Shown one piece after another: positions 50,329-60,194 of a stretch of 64,000 nt of DNA (its first letter is position 1; every line of letters starts with the position of its first letter). The notes beneath the pieces were generated by a model. It saw nothing but the letters and a program-made list of their open reading frames with translations. It did not search any database and was not told the origin of the DNA. The stretch covers positions 192,001 through 256,000 of the forward strand of contig JBMFSQ010000002.1 in NCBI GenBank assembly GCA_049967475.1. The letters run 5' to 3'. This DNA is from Chthonomonadales bacterium (GTDB lineage: Bacteria; Armatimonadota; Chthonomonadetes; Chthonomonadales; CAJBBX01). The position numbers and the translations under genes were made by a program.

Positions 50329-52923
50329 TTGGAATTCCGGAGCCTTCGCCTAACGATCCCCATTGCCTGCTGCGCGGCTGTGTGGCTTGCAGCCTATAGC
50401 AGCGCCTTCGCGCAGGGGGATGGACAGGCCCTATACGACCCCATGCGCCCAGTCATGATGCTGGGCCGGGATCGCGCCACGATCCAGTGGTTCACACGCA
50501 CTCCCTGCGTCACTCGGCTGCAAGTCCGCAGGGGGTTGCTTCCCTGCCGCACCTACGGTGTAGCACAGGATGCGTGGAAGTCCGCAGATGTACAGGTCCT
50601 TGCCGGCTCGCCGGGATTGCACACCTACCACAGGATCACGATTTCGCACCTCGCTCCCGGTACGCGCTATTATTACCGGTGCTATGACCCGGGGGCCGAA
50701 CCGACTACGGTGGAAGAGGCCTGGGGCGCCGAAAGGCCCTGGAGGCGCGAATGGGCATTCAGCACCCTGGCGCCACGAGGCCGAAAGACCATCCTTCGCA
50801 TCCCAGTAAAAGTCCTCCTAATGCCGAACGTGGTCAACGTTGCCTCGGCGCACCTGCCCGGCGGGCGCGTGCAGCCACCTCCTCCCGACCTCACGCTCAA
50901 GGAGATTAGCCGCATACGCGACGAGTATGCAACGGCTGCGCGCTTCCTGTTCATCAACAATGGAATGCGCGTATGGTACGACTTCCATATCTTCGTAGAC
51001 GGCCGCCGCCAGCGATGGGGGCCGGAGCCCGCCAACGTGTCCCCGATCTACAAAGGATGGCCGCTCTGCCGCAGTTACGCCGGAACCGATTTTGCCCCTC
51101 CGGGTGGCGGCGATTTCACCATCGTGGACACGCAGAACCTCCAACGTGCCGGCAAAGAACCCGTGCGGGAGCCCTTCCCGTACGTGGGGCAGATCGAGCA
51201 AGCCTTCCCGCGGAGATGGGATGACGCAAAGAAGCAATGGGTGTTTTACAACAGTGGCGGGGGAACATTGGGGGCGGACGATTGGCCGCGCGGCACACCC
51301 GGCCGGTCGCAGTTCCTAGGCGGCGGCGACACCGCATGGCTGGCGACACACGAATTCCATCACCAAATCGAAGCACTCGGCGCCCTTTCCTTTGGTACCG
51401 ATGAGAACGACCGAGTGATTTTCGATCATTTCTTCCCGCGCCGGCGCCTCCGCAAGCCCGACGGCTCCTACGAGGAATGGACTTGGCAGACGAGCTGGGC
51501 ACATGGGGAACACTGGGACGGTATCAGCTTCTTTGACCGCCTCTTAACCCCCGTACAGTGGCTCCGCTTCCTGTTTGGGGAGACCCTCACCGTGGCCGAC
51601 GCCGACGAAGACGGCGTTCCGGATGACGATCCGCGCCTCCCCTTCGATGAGAAGCGCTTCGGATCAGATCCCCACAAAGCAGCCACGAGCGGCGGCGTAG
51701 GAGATCTGGCCCGCATCCAGCAAAGCACATGGGCGCCGTGCCCCCTAACATCCACGTGGAACAAAGCGCCCTACCCCTTGCGGCGGCCCAATCCCAAAGC
51801 CATGGACACGGACGCCGACGGCCTCCCCGACACCGTAGACCCGTATCCCCTCTACCCGTGGGAACCCTTCATCTGGCCAATGACCGCCACGGTGGACGGT
51901 GATGCCCAAGAGTGGACCCACATTCCATTGGCTGGGACCAATGCTGCCCATGGCGTCACCATTCGCTTCCGGCAAGGCCACGACGACACCGCCTATTACG
52001 CCTGCTTCCAGATGAAGGGGCCCTGGGCGAAGGTGGCAGTTGGGCTCGACGGAGAAGGGCTAGGCTACTACACCACCGACAGCACCTATGCGTTCGACAT
52101 CCTCAACGAGAACGGCCGGGTGGAACTTCATCCCACCAGCGCCAACCATTGCCCTGGGTTGACTTGGAAAGCCCTAACGGATGGCGCAGGCGAAACCACG
52201 GTCGAAGTCGCCATACCCAACCGCGGAGAAGGGCTCTGGTTCTGGACTGGCGGCGGAAGGCCTGTAGGAGCCGCCATAAGCCTCTGGACAACTTCCGGCG
52301 CGCCGCTCTCCATCTACGATCCATACCATTTCTTCTACGCTCGCATGCTCCAGCGCTTCGGCAGGGCAGAACTGCCCCCGGATGCCCCGGCAGAACTTCA
52401 GCCGGGACCAGGAGTTGCATCCTACGACTTCACGGCGGGTCCCCCACCCAAACCATGGCGCTTCGTAGCTGCAGCGTGGACCTGGCGGGACGCAGCGATG
52501 CGCTTTTCGGCAGATACTGCCGACACCTCTCTTGCGCTGCAGGTGCCGCCCACCCGCGACTTCGACCTGTGGGCCGAAGCGCAGGCTCTGAACGATCTTC
52601 ATTTAGGGGCGTGGCCCCAAACCGTGCCGGTACCGGACAATATGAACGGATATGTGTCCTTTGTGGGCGGCTTCGGGAACGCACGGTCCATGATACGCGT
52701 CGGTTCATCCGACGTGGCTGCCGAAGACGTAGGGCTTCGCCCAGGGAAGCATACCGTTCAATTGACGCGGAGGCGAGGGCAACTGTGGCTGCTGTACGAC
52801 GGCAGGCCCCTATTGTTTGCCCGTGACCCCAACCCTTCTACCCTTGTAACGCGCATAGGTTTTCTTGGAGGATGGGGTGGGGCCCAGGCCATCTACCGCG
52901 TTCGCGTCCGTCTGGGTGATTAG
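50329..52923 (+). CDS. Secreted multidomain protein with HExxH zinc motif
   Basis: TTG start 7 nt after AGGAGG; signal peptide; FN3-like LAPGTRYYY; ATHEFHHQIE; DADEDGVPD and DTDADGLPD Ca-type repeats. Confidence 0.65.
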   Translation: MEFRSLRLTIPIACCAAVWLAAYSSAFAQGDGQALYDPMRPVMMLGRDRATIQWFTRTPCVTRLQVRRGLLPCRTYGVAQDAWKSADVQVLAGSPGLHTYHRITISHLAPGTRYYYRCYDPGAEPTTVEEAWGAERPWRREWAFSTLAPRGRKTILRIPVKVLLMPNVVNVASAHLPGGRVQPPPPDLTLKEISRIRDEYATAARFLFINNGMRVWYDFHIFVDGRRQRWGPEPANVSPIYKGWPLCRSYAGTDFAPPGGGDFTIVDTQNLQRAGKEPVREPFPYVGQIEQAFPRRWDDAKKQWVFYNSGGGTLGADDWPRGTPGRSQFLGGGDTAWLATHEFHHQIEALGALSFGTDENDRVIFDHFFPRRRLRKPDGSYEEWTWQTSWAHGEHWDGISFFDRLLTPVQWLRFLFGETLTVADADEDGVPDDDPRLPFDEKRFGSDPHKAATSGGVGDLARIQQSTWAPCPLTSTWNKAPYPLRRPNPKAMDTDADGLPDTVDPYPLYPWEPFIWPMTATVDGDAQEWTHIPLAGTNAAHGVTIRFRQGHDDTAYYACFQMKGPWAKVAVGLDGEGLGYYTTDSTYAFDILNENGRVELHPTSANHCPGLTWKALTDGAGETTVEVAIPNRGEGLWFWTGGGRPVGAAISLWTTSGAPLSIYDPYHFFYARMLQRFGRAELPPDAPAELQPGPGVASYDFTAGPPPKPWRFVAAAWTWRDAAMRFSADTADTSLALQVPPTRDFDLWAEAQALNDLHLGAWPQTVPVPDNMNGYVSFVGGFGNARSMIRVGSSDVAAEDVGLRPGKHTVQLTRRRGQLWLLYDGRPLLFARDPNPSTLVTRIGFLGGWGGAQAIYRVRVRLGD

Positions 52924-52942
52924 GCTCTCGAGTACAATCCCC

Positions 52943-53779
52943 ATGGGAAAGGAATGGGACTTGGATCTGCTGATTTGCGGTACGAGCGCAGCCGAGGCAT
53001 GGCCCGCAATCTTCTGCACCTGTGAGGCGTGCACACGAGCCCGCCGGCAGGGCGGAAAGAACAGGCGGACCCGGGCGGCCTATATGCTCGGCGACCGTGT
53101 CCGAGTGGATTTCGGACCGGACACGAATTGCCATCAGCTCCACTATAATCTCGACCTGGGCGCCCTGGAGCACATCCTCGTTACCCACAGCCATGATGAC
53201 CACTGGTCGCCCATGGACCTAAACTACCGAAGTCCGGGCTTCTCCGACGTGCCGGACCACCTCCTCACCGTATGGGGCAATGAGGCCGTGGAGCGCTCGC
53301 TCTCCGAAGCGTGTGGCACCGATCTCGCCAGGCTCCGCCTCAAGTTCCATCGCATTGAAGCCTTTCGGGAAGCAGATTTGGGGAATGGCGCTGTGGCGAT
53401 ACCCGTGCCTGCGGCCCATGACCCCAAGGAGCTGTGCGTGAACTACCGCCTCCATGTGGGAGGCCGCACCCTCCTCCTGGGTCATGACACCGGATGGTAT
53501 CCCGAGGACACCTGGGCTTTCCTCGGCGGTGTACCCCTCCACGTGGTAATCCTGGACTGCACCTACGGCCCCGTGGAAAGTTGCGAAGGGCATATGGGCT
53601 GTTCCTATGTGGTGCGTGCCCGGGACGAACTCGCCCGCCGCGGCGCCCTTGCCCCCGATGCCCGTGTAATCGCAACGCATTTCAGCCACAACGGAGGCTG
53701 GCTGCACGAAGACTTGGAGGATTACTTCGCGCCGCACGGCATCGAGGTCGCCTACGATGGCATGCGCATCCCCCTTTAG
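52943..53779 (+). CDS. Metallo-beta-lactamase-fold hydrolase, PhnP-like
   Basis: CTCEAC, THSHDDH, HDTG, THFSH, VAYDGM; start 52943 or TTG 52961. Confidence 0.88.
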   Translation: MGKEWDLDLLICGTSAAEAWPAIFCTCEACTRARRQGGKNRRTRAAYMLGDRVRVDFGPDTNCHQLHYNLDLGALEHILVTHSHDDHWSPMDLNYRSPGFSDVPDHLLTVWGNEAVERSLSEACGTDLARLRLKFHRIEAFREADLGNGAVAIPVPAAHDPKELCVNYRLHVGGRTLLLGHDTGWYPEDTWAFLGGVPLHVVILDCTYGPVESCEGHMGCSYVVRARDELARRGALAPDARVIATHFSHNGGWLHEDLEDYFAPHGIEVAYDGMRIPL

Positions 53780-56126
53780 GCGTCCATTCGCAACGAGGCG
53801 TTGCGCGTCCTGTTTGCGGCCCAACGGTCCCTCCGGGATTGCCTTTTGGGTTTGCCTTGTCGTCGCTTTGGTGACGGCCGGATGCTCCCATCACCACCCA
53901 TCGGCACGCCTGAGGCCGAACGCTCCTGCGGTGCCCGCGTACGATGCGCCCGGCATCCCCATGGCTCGCCGCCTGGAATTCATCGCGGAAGCCATCAATC
54001 CCAACGACGTCCTCAACGAGAACCGCAAGAAGGCCGCCATCCTCAAAACCCAGGTGGAAGCCGAGCAGGATCCCGAATTGAAACGCATGCTCCTTCCCCA
54101 ATATGCCCGCCAGCTTCTGTTGGCTGGGGAAACGGATGAAGCGATTAAAGTCTACGAAGACCTTCTGGCTCCCGCGAAGCACCACCCGGAACTTTATGCA
54201 CCGGGCACTTTGGAAGACCTGGAGATGGATTTGGCTCTCGCCTACCTCCGCCTGGGGGAGCAGCAGAACTGCCTTGGGAGCCACACGGCGGAATCGTGCA
54301 TCCTGCCGATTAGGGGAGGCGGTGTGCACAAGTTCCCCAAGGGATCGCGCAACGCCATCCGCATCCTAACGGAGATCCTTCGGCACGATCGGAGCAATTT
54401 CTCCGCAGGCTGGCTCCTCAATCTGGCCTACATGACGCTGGGAGAATATCCCGACCGGGTCCCCGTGCAGTGGCGCATCCCTCCACGCGTCTTCAGGTCC
54501 GACGGCAGCGTCGGCCATTTCCCCAACATCGCGCAAGAGGTGGGGCTTGATCTTCAGCAGCTCTCGGGCGGAACGATCCTCGAGGATTTCGACAATGACG
54601 GGTATCTCGACGTTATGATCTCGTCCATCGGCGTGAGAGACCAGCTTCGCTTGTTCCACAACAACGGCGACGGCACCTTCACCGACCGCACGAAGGAAGC
54701 CGGGTTGGCGGGTGAAACAGGCGGCCTCAACATCATGCAAACAGATTACGACAACGACGGCTTTGCCGATGTCCTCATCCTCAGGGGCGCCTGGTTCGGC
54801 AAAGGCGGTCACTGGCCTCTCTCCCTCCTGCACAACAATGGGAACGGCACCTTTACCGATGTCACCGAACAGGCCGGCCTCCTGCGCTTTCATCCTACAC
54901 AGGCCGCCGTGTGGCTCGATTACAATGGAGATGGCTGGCTGGATCTGTTCGTGGGTGATGAAACGCGCCCCGACGATGAGAACCCGTGCGAGCTCTTCCG
55001 CAATAATGGAGACGGAACCTTTACCAATGTGGCACACCAATGCGGTGTGGATGTGAAGGGCTTCGTGAAGGGGGTAGCCAGCGCAGACTACAACAACGAC
55101 GGACGGCCGGACCTCTTTATCTCGATCCAGGGGCATAGGAACGTACTCTTCCGCAACGATGGACCGGCGGACCCAGCCCAGGGAGCCCGTTCTCCATGGA
55201 AGTTCACCGATGTGACCACAGAGGCCGGCGTTGCCAAACCCATCAACAGCTTCTCATGCTTCTTCTTCGACTACGACAACGACGGGTGGCCCGATCTCTT
55301 CGTGAGCGGCTACAGCTTCAACAATGCCGACATCGGCCAAATCGCCAAGGATTACCTTGGCCTCCCATCCGGAAACAACGACTATCCGGCACTCTATCAC
55401 AACGACCGCCACGGCCACTTCATAGACGTTACCCGCCAGACACACGTGCACAAATTGCTGTTCGGCATGGGCATCAACTTCGGCGATCTGGATAATGACG
55501 GGTGGCTGGATTTCTACGTGGGGACAGGCACTCCGGACCTCGCCTTCCTTATGCCCAACAAGATGTTCCGAAATTACCTTGGCAAGTTCTTCCAGGACGT
55601 TACAACCTCCGGAGGCTTCGGCCATCTTCAGAAGGGCCACGGCATCTCCTTTGGAGACCTACGCAACAATGGCCAGCAAGACGTCTTCGAGAGTATGGGC
55701 GGCATCTATGACGGCGACACAGCCTATTCGGTTCTCTATCGCAATCCCGGTCACGGCAACCACTGGATCACTCTAAAGCTTGAGGGTACCCGCACCAACC
55801 GGGCCGCCATCGGCGCGCGCATCAAGGTAACCGTAGAACGGCCGGGCGGCGCGCGTGTCGTCTACAAGACGGTGGGCACGGGCGGCAGCTTCGGGGCCAA
55901 TCCTTTGCGCCAGGAGATCGGGCTGGGGGACGCTACAGCCATCCGCACAGTCGAAGTATTCTGGCCGGTCCCCGGCGAAACCCAGGTCCTCACGGGTCTG
56001 CGGATGGATCGCTTCTACTGCATCCGACAGGGTACAACGCAGGCCGTTCCATGGCTCCTTCACTCCTTTGAGTACAAGCCCCAAAAGCACCACGAGCATC
56101 ATCCCGGCATGTCCATGCCCATGTAG
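53757..56126 (+). CDS. CRTAC1/ASPIC-UnbV family FG-GAP repeat protein
   Basis: Repeated DxDNDGxxD and NNGDGTFTD; NRAAIGARIKV ASPIC domain; start uncertain. Confidence 0.88.
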   Translation: MACASPFRRPFATRRCASCLRPNGPSGIAFWVCLVVALVTAGCSHHHPSARLRPNAPAVPAYDAPGIPMARRLEFIAEAINPNDVLNENRKKAAILKTQVEAEQDPELKRMLLPQYARQLLLAGETDEAIKVYEDLLAPAKHHPELYAPGTLEDLEMDLALAYLRLGEQQNCLGSHTAESCILPIRGGGVHKFPKGSRNAIRILTEILRHDRSNFSAGWLLNLAYMTLGEYPDRVPVQWRIPPRVFRSDGSVGHFPNIAQEVGLDLQQLSGGTILEDFDNDGYLDVMISSIGVRDQLRLFHNNGDGTFTDRTKEAGLAGETGGLNIMQTDYDNDGFADVLILRGAWFGKGGHWPLSLLHNNGNGTFTDVTEQAGLLRFHPTQAAVWLDYNGDGWLDLFVGDETRPDDENPCELFRNNGDGTFTNVAHQCGVDVKGFVKGVASADYNNDGRPDLFISIQGHRNVLFRNDGPADPAQGARSPWKFTDVTTEAGVAKPINSFSCFFFDYDNDGWPDLFVSGYSFNNADIGQIAKDYLGLPSGNNDYPALYHNDRHGHFIDVTRQTHVHKLLFGMGINFGDLDNDGWLDFYVGTGTPDLAFLMPNKMFRNYLGKFFQDVTTSGGFGHLQKGHGISFGDLRNNGQQDVFESMGGIYDGDTAYSVLYRNPGHGNHWITLKLEGTRTNRAAIGARIKVTVERPGGARVVYKTVGTGGSFGANPLRQEIGLGDATAIRTVEVFWPVPGETQVLTGLRMDRFYCIRQGTTQAVPWLLHSFEYKPQKHHEHHPGMSMPM

Positions 56127-56135
56127 GTGCACGCG

Positions 56136-58475
56136 ATGAACGCCAACATGTACAGGAAGACATTCGCTCTACTTCTGATCACCGGATGCGCGATCCTAGC
56201 GATGCCCGGTGCGGCCGGCATGGATCAGGAAATCGCGCCTCGGGCGCGCTTTACCTTCGTCATTCCGGCGGCAGGCGTCACCAGCGCCGCCATTTACCGT
56301 CCTGACGGATCCCTCGTGCGGGTGCTTTGGGCCCTGAAGCATCCGGCCTCGGGCCGCCACACTGCCGCATGGGACGGAAAGGACGAGCGCGGCGAGATTG
56401 CTCCGCCCGGATTGTACCGGTGGCGCGTCCTTGTGAACCAGGGAGCATACGTCAATGTAGGAGCCATCGGAAACAGCGGCGTTCCGCACAATGCAGCGGG
56501 ACACATCCCGGTCAACATGGAGAGCATCGCCGTAGATGATGAGGGGTGCGTCTACACGGCTAATGGGTGGGATGAAGCGGGAGCCGATTTCAAGAAGTGG
56601 GATGCCTCGGGCCGCTCCCTCTACGACGCCCATTACCAAATCCGCAACGGCAAACCCAACGGCGCCCCCTACGCTATCGCTGTGGACGACCGGTATCTTT
56701 ACTGCTCGGTGGGAGGATGGGCTTCTACACCCTGGAACAGCCGGCAGCAAATCCAGCGCTTCCGCAGATCGGACGGCGTCGAGGCGCCCTTCACCGGAAC
56801 GGGACTTGTAGACGGGCACATCCAGGTTTGGGAGTGGCCGGAGCATCACATCCCAGCCGGCACCGGCGAGGCGGACACCAATCTGCTGCGCCATCCGCTC
56901 CGTTCACTGGCCGTGTCCGGCAACGATCTGCTGGTGGCGGATGCTCTAGGCGGGCGCGTCCTCCGCTTCGAAAAGGACACGGGCATGCAGGTTGGGGCCT
57001 TTTCCGTGCCGCTACCGCTCGCCCTGACCGTACGGCGTGACGGCACCATTTGGGTGGCCCACGAGCATCGTCGGATTTCGGTCTATTCCCCGGCCGGCTC
57101 ATTCCTCAAGGAGCCGTTTACGAACCTCGGAGATGTGCAGGCGGTGAACTTCGACGCTTCAGGGCGCCTCCTCGTGGCCGATGCAGGAGCAGGGCAGGTA
57201 AAGATCTTTGACGTCAATGGCCCCGAACCCCGCCTGGTGGGAACCCTGGGCCGCAAGGCACACCCCGGTGACCGCGATCCGGCTGCCTTCTACCATCTGC
57301 GGGGCGTTGCCGCCGGGCCCAAGGGCGAGATCTTTACCATCCAGACCGAACCCTTATGCGGAGCACGCTTGGCCAAATGGTCGTCCAATCTTCGCCTCGT
57401 GTGGGAGCAATTCGGAGAGGAGTTTGTGTCCCTGGGAAACTACGGAAGGGAGGATCCGAGCCTCTTTATCTCCATGACGCTTCATCGGTACCGCCTTGGA
57501 AGGCACTCGGCCGGCGATTGGACTTATACGGGAAGCATCGCACCCGAGGGCAACCGCCACACCTCCGATGTTCACGGTGTTCCGCGCATCCTGCACATCG
57601 GCAAAGGAACCTTCGTCTTTATGCCTACAGGCGACGGAGTGCAGATCTACCGCTACGCAAAGGGCATTCTGCACCTCAGCAGCATCGTGGGCGGCCGGGA
57701 TCCCGCACCCGACGGATCGCGCAACGGCCCACCCGCTCAGTGGACCTGGAGCGATCGGCGCGGCATCGGGGATCTTCAAATGCGCGACGTGGAATGGTTT
57801 CGCACTCCCGGACGTGGAACCTATGCCGTATTCGGAATGGATGTGGACCACCGCGGGACGATCTGGTTCGCGAACCTGGCCACTCACTCCATTTGGGCTT
57901 TGCCTATGGACGGATTGGACCGCCGGGGCAATCCGGTTTACCATTGGGCCCACGCTCGGGAGATCATTGCCAGGGACACGTCTTCGCTTCGCTTCGACCC
58001 TACTATGGTACAGCACGCAGCCGACGGGTCGCTGTATGCATTCGGATGGAGCGCTCCCTGGCCAGCACCTGCCAATAACCCCTTCTGGATGGGAGGCACC
58101 ACTCTGGCGCACTTCGGGCCCGATCGGCGATTGCGTTGGGCTCTTCCCCTACCCGAAGTCTGCGTGGGGCTCGACGCCGTTCCAGGCGGAGGATGCATGG
58201 CAGGCGGCGGCCGCAGCGCTCATATCTACCACTACACCCCAGACGGCCTCCTGGCAGGTATTCTGGCACCGGGCAAGGCCATGGGCGGCGAAAGCGGTTG
58301 GATGGATAACCATGCTTCCGTTGCCGTAAACAGAGATCCTCGCGATGGTGTCCTGGACGTCTTTGCCGAAGATGATTATGATTTGCGCATCGGCTGGTAT
58401 CGAGTGGACGACCGGCATATGCGGCGGATGGAGGGAAGCATCGTCCTTCCACCTCCCTCAGGAGTTACCCCATGA
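56136..58475 (+). CDS. Secreted FlgD-Ig plus NHL/beta-propeller protein
   Basis: IYRPDGSLVRVL...WDGKDERGEIAPPGLY; LLVADAG repeats. Confidence 0.7.
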   Translation: MNANMYRKTFALLLITGCAILAMPGAAGMDQEIAPRARFTFVIPAAGVTSAAIYRPDGSLVRVLWALKHPASGRHTAAWDGKDERGEIAPPGLYRWRVLVNQGAYVNVGAIGNSGVPHNAAGHIPVNMESIAVDDEGCVYTANGWDEAGADFKKWDASGRSLYDAHYQIRNGKPNGAPYAIAVDDRYLYCSVGGWASTPWNSRQQIQRFRRSDGVEAPFTGTGLVDGHIQVWEWPEHHIPAGTGEADTNLLRHPLRSLAVSGNDLLVADALGGRVLRFEKDTGMQVGAFSVPLPLALTVRRDGTIWVAHEHRRISVYSPAGSFLKEPFTNLGDVQAVNFDASGRLLVADAGAGQVKIFDVNGPEPRLVGTLGRKAHPGDRDPAAFYHLRGVAAGPKGEIFTIQTEPLCGARLAKWSSNLRLVWEQFGEEFVSLGNYGREDPSLFISMTLHRYRLGRHSAGDWTYTGSIAPEGNRHTSDVHGVPRILHIGKGTFVFMPTGDGVQIYRYAKGILHLSSIVGGRDPAPDGSRNGPPAQWTWSDRRGIGDLQMRDVEWFRTPGRGTYAVFGMDVDHRGTIWFANLATHSIWALPMDGLDRRGNPVYHWAHAREIIARDTSSLRFDPTMVQHAADGSLYAFGWSAPWPAPANNPFWMGGTTLAHFGPDRRLRWALPLPEVCVGLDAVPGGGCMAGGGRSAHIYHYTPDGLLAGILAPGKAMGGESGWMDNHASVAVNRDPRDGVLDVFAEDDYDLRIGWYRVDDRHMRRMEGSIVLPPPSGVTP

Positions 58476-59554
58476 CCGAACGCGACCGCTTTCATGCCTG
58501 TATGGATTACCGGCCCGTGGATGTAACTCCCCACTGGACTTGGGGAGGGTGGCCAGAAACCATCGAGCGGTGGAAAGCCGAAGGATATGACCCCCACACG
58601 ATGGACATCGCCGAGCATGCAAGCCCGGTCCAGTGGGCAGGAAGCTGGTTCTTCCCGCATCCTCCCTTCGAACACACCGTTGTGGAGGAAGATGAGGAAC
58701 ACGTCCTCTACATCAACCACGAAGGGATCCTGATGCGCGAACTGAAGAACCGGCCGCTCTCCTCTATGCCTCAGTTTGTGCGCTTCCCTGTAGAGACGCG
58801 CGAAGACTTCAGAAGCTTCTGGAGATCGCGCATGCAGCCGAATCTCGAAGCGCGGATAGGCCCCAAGTGGCGCCAAGAGATACAGGCCCGCGCAGCCACT
58901 GACGCACCCTTCATTGTGATCTCGGATCGGTGGGGAGGCTTCTTCGGGCCGCTGCGCAATCTGGTGGGGGTAGAGCGCCTGTGCACCTTGTTCTACGATG
59001 ACCCAGCCTTTGTGGAAGAGATGATGGACGCGGATGCGGACTTCATCATTGCCATGATGGAGCGCATCCTGGATGTTGCACCGGTGGACGCCTTTGCCTT
59101 CTGGGAGGATATGGCTTACAAGACAGGGCCGCTCCTCACGCCGCGCCTGGCTCGCAAGTACATGCTGCCGCGGTACCGGCGCGTCTCCGAGTTTCTGGCG
59201 GGCCGCGGCGTCCGCTGGATAGGGCTCGATAGCGACGGCAATATCGAAGCCCTTATCCCCATATGGCTGGATGCCGGCCTCAATTTCCTGTACCCATTCG
59301 AAGTTCAGGCAGGAATGGATGTGGTGTCCGTGAGGCGCCGGTACGGCCGGGATTTGCGCATGTGGGGTGGTATAGACAAGAGGGCCGTGGCGGCCGGGAC
59401 TGCCGCCATCGAAGCCGAATTGCAGCGTGTGCGGCCCCTCATCGAAGAAGGAGGTTATATCCCGATGCTGGATCATTCATGCCCGCCCGACATCTCATGG
59501 CAGAACTACACGTACTATATGCGCCGCTTGGCCGAAATATGCCGCCATTCGTGA
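58472..59554 (+). CDS. Uroporphyrinogen decarboxylase / MtaA-CmuA superfamily protein
   Basis: WEDMAYKTGP, DSDGNI, WGGIDK, GGYIPMLDH. Confidence 0.85.
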   Translation: MTERDRFHACMDYRPVDVTPHWTWGGWPETIERWKAEGYDPHTMDIAEHASPVQWAGSWFFPHPPFEHTVVEEDEEHVLYINHEGILMRELKNRPLSSMPQFVRFPVETREDFRSFWRSRMQPNLEARIGPKWRQEIQARAATDAPFIVISDRWGGFFGPLRNLVGVERLCTLFYDDPAFVEEMMDADADFIIAMMERILDVAPVDAFAFWEDMAYKTGPLLTPRLARKYMLPRYRRVSEFLAGRGVRWIGLDSDGNIEALIPIWLDAGLNFLYPFEVQAGMDVVSVRRRYGRDLRMWGGIDKRAVAAGTAAIEAELQRVRPLIEEGGYIPMLDHSCPPDISWQNYTYYMRRLAEICRHS

Positions 59555-59622
59555 TCCGCTCCGCTCCTCTCTGAAGGAACCTCCTTCTTTGCCGGCGAAG
59601 CATAGCTTGGGAGCACGAGGCC

Positions 59623-59859
59623 ATGTCAAAACGCGATGCGGACGATCCGGAACAGCTCTACAGAAAATACCAGGCGCATGTGATCGGCTGCCCCGTTTGC
59701 TCCATAGCCGTCGCCCGTAACCTATGGATGGAAGGCCTCGAGATCGAAGGGCTTTGCGCAGAAGGCCGCATCATGTGGACCCGGTGGGAGGCAGCCGAGC
59801 GAGCATGGTTCCTGGAGATGCTGGGTCCTCCCAACAGCGGCCGATCACTCTGGCAGTAG
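59623..59859 (+). CDS. Small Cys/His protein, putative zinc-binding
   Basis: GAGG RBS; H-x3-CPVC-x18-C. Confidence 0.6.
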   Translation: MSKRDADDPEQLYRKYQAHVIGCPVCSIAVARNLWMEGLEIEGLCAEGRIMWTRWEAAERAWFLEMLGPPNSGRSLWQ

Positions 59860-59872
59860 AAATATGGAGATC

Positions 59873-60112
59873 TTATGGGCGCCGCTCCGTCGCGAGCACG
59901 CCGCCTGCGATCGAGGATAGGGCAAGAACCTCCAGGAGGATGCGCTCCAGGTCCACGCTTACAGAGCCCTCAGGCGGCATCCAGATTGGAGCATATCCTC
60001 CGCAATAAGACCTTCCGTACGTGCCCATCCCGGTTTTCCACGGCGGCACCATCAGCACCACCACGGCACCCGCAATTGCAACCCATATCGTCCACATCCG
60101 GCGCGCATTCAT
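59873..60112 (-). CDS. Small two-TM hypothetical protein
   Basis: GGAGG RBS and upstream TATACT; VPPW...GYAPIWMPP...VDLERILLE. Confidence 0.65.
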   Translation of the reverse strand: MNARRMWTIWVAIAGAVVVLMVPPWKTGMGTYGRSYCGGYAPIWMPPEGSVSVDLERILLEVLALSSIAGGVLATERRP

Positions 60113-60194
60113 AGGCTCTCCTCCACTGCAACCTATCCCTAGTATAAGTCGCTGGAACACTGCCTGAACCGGAAAGCCGTATTTGTGCGCCTGA

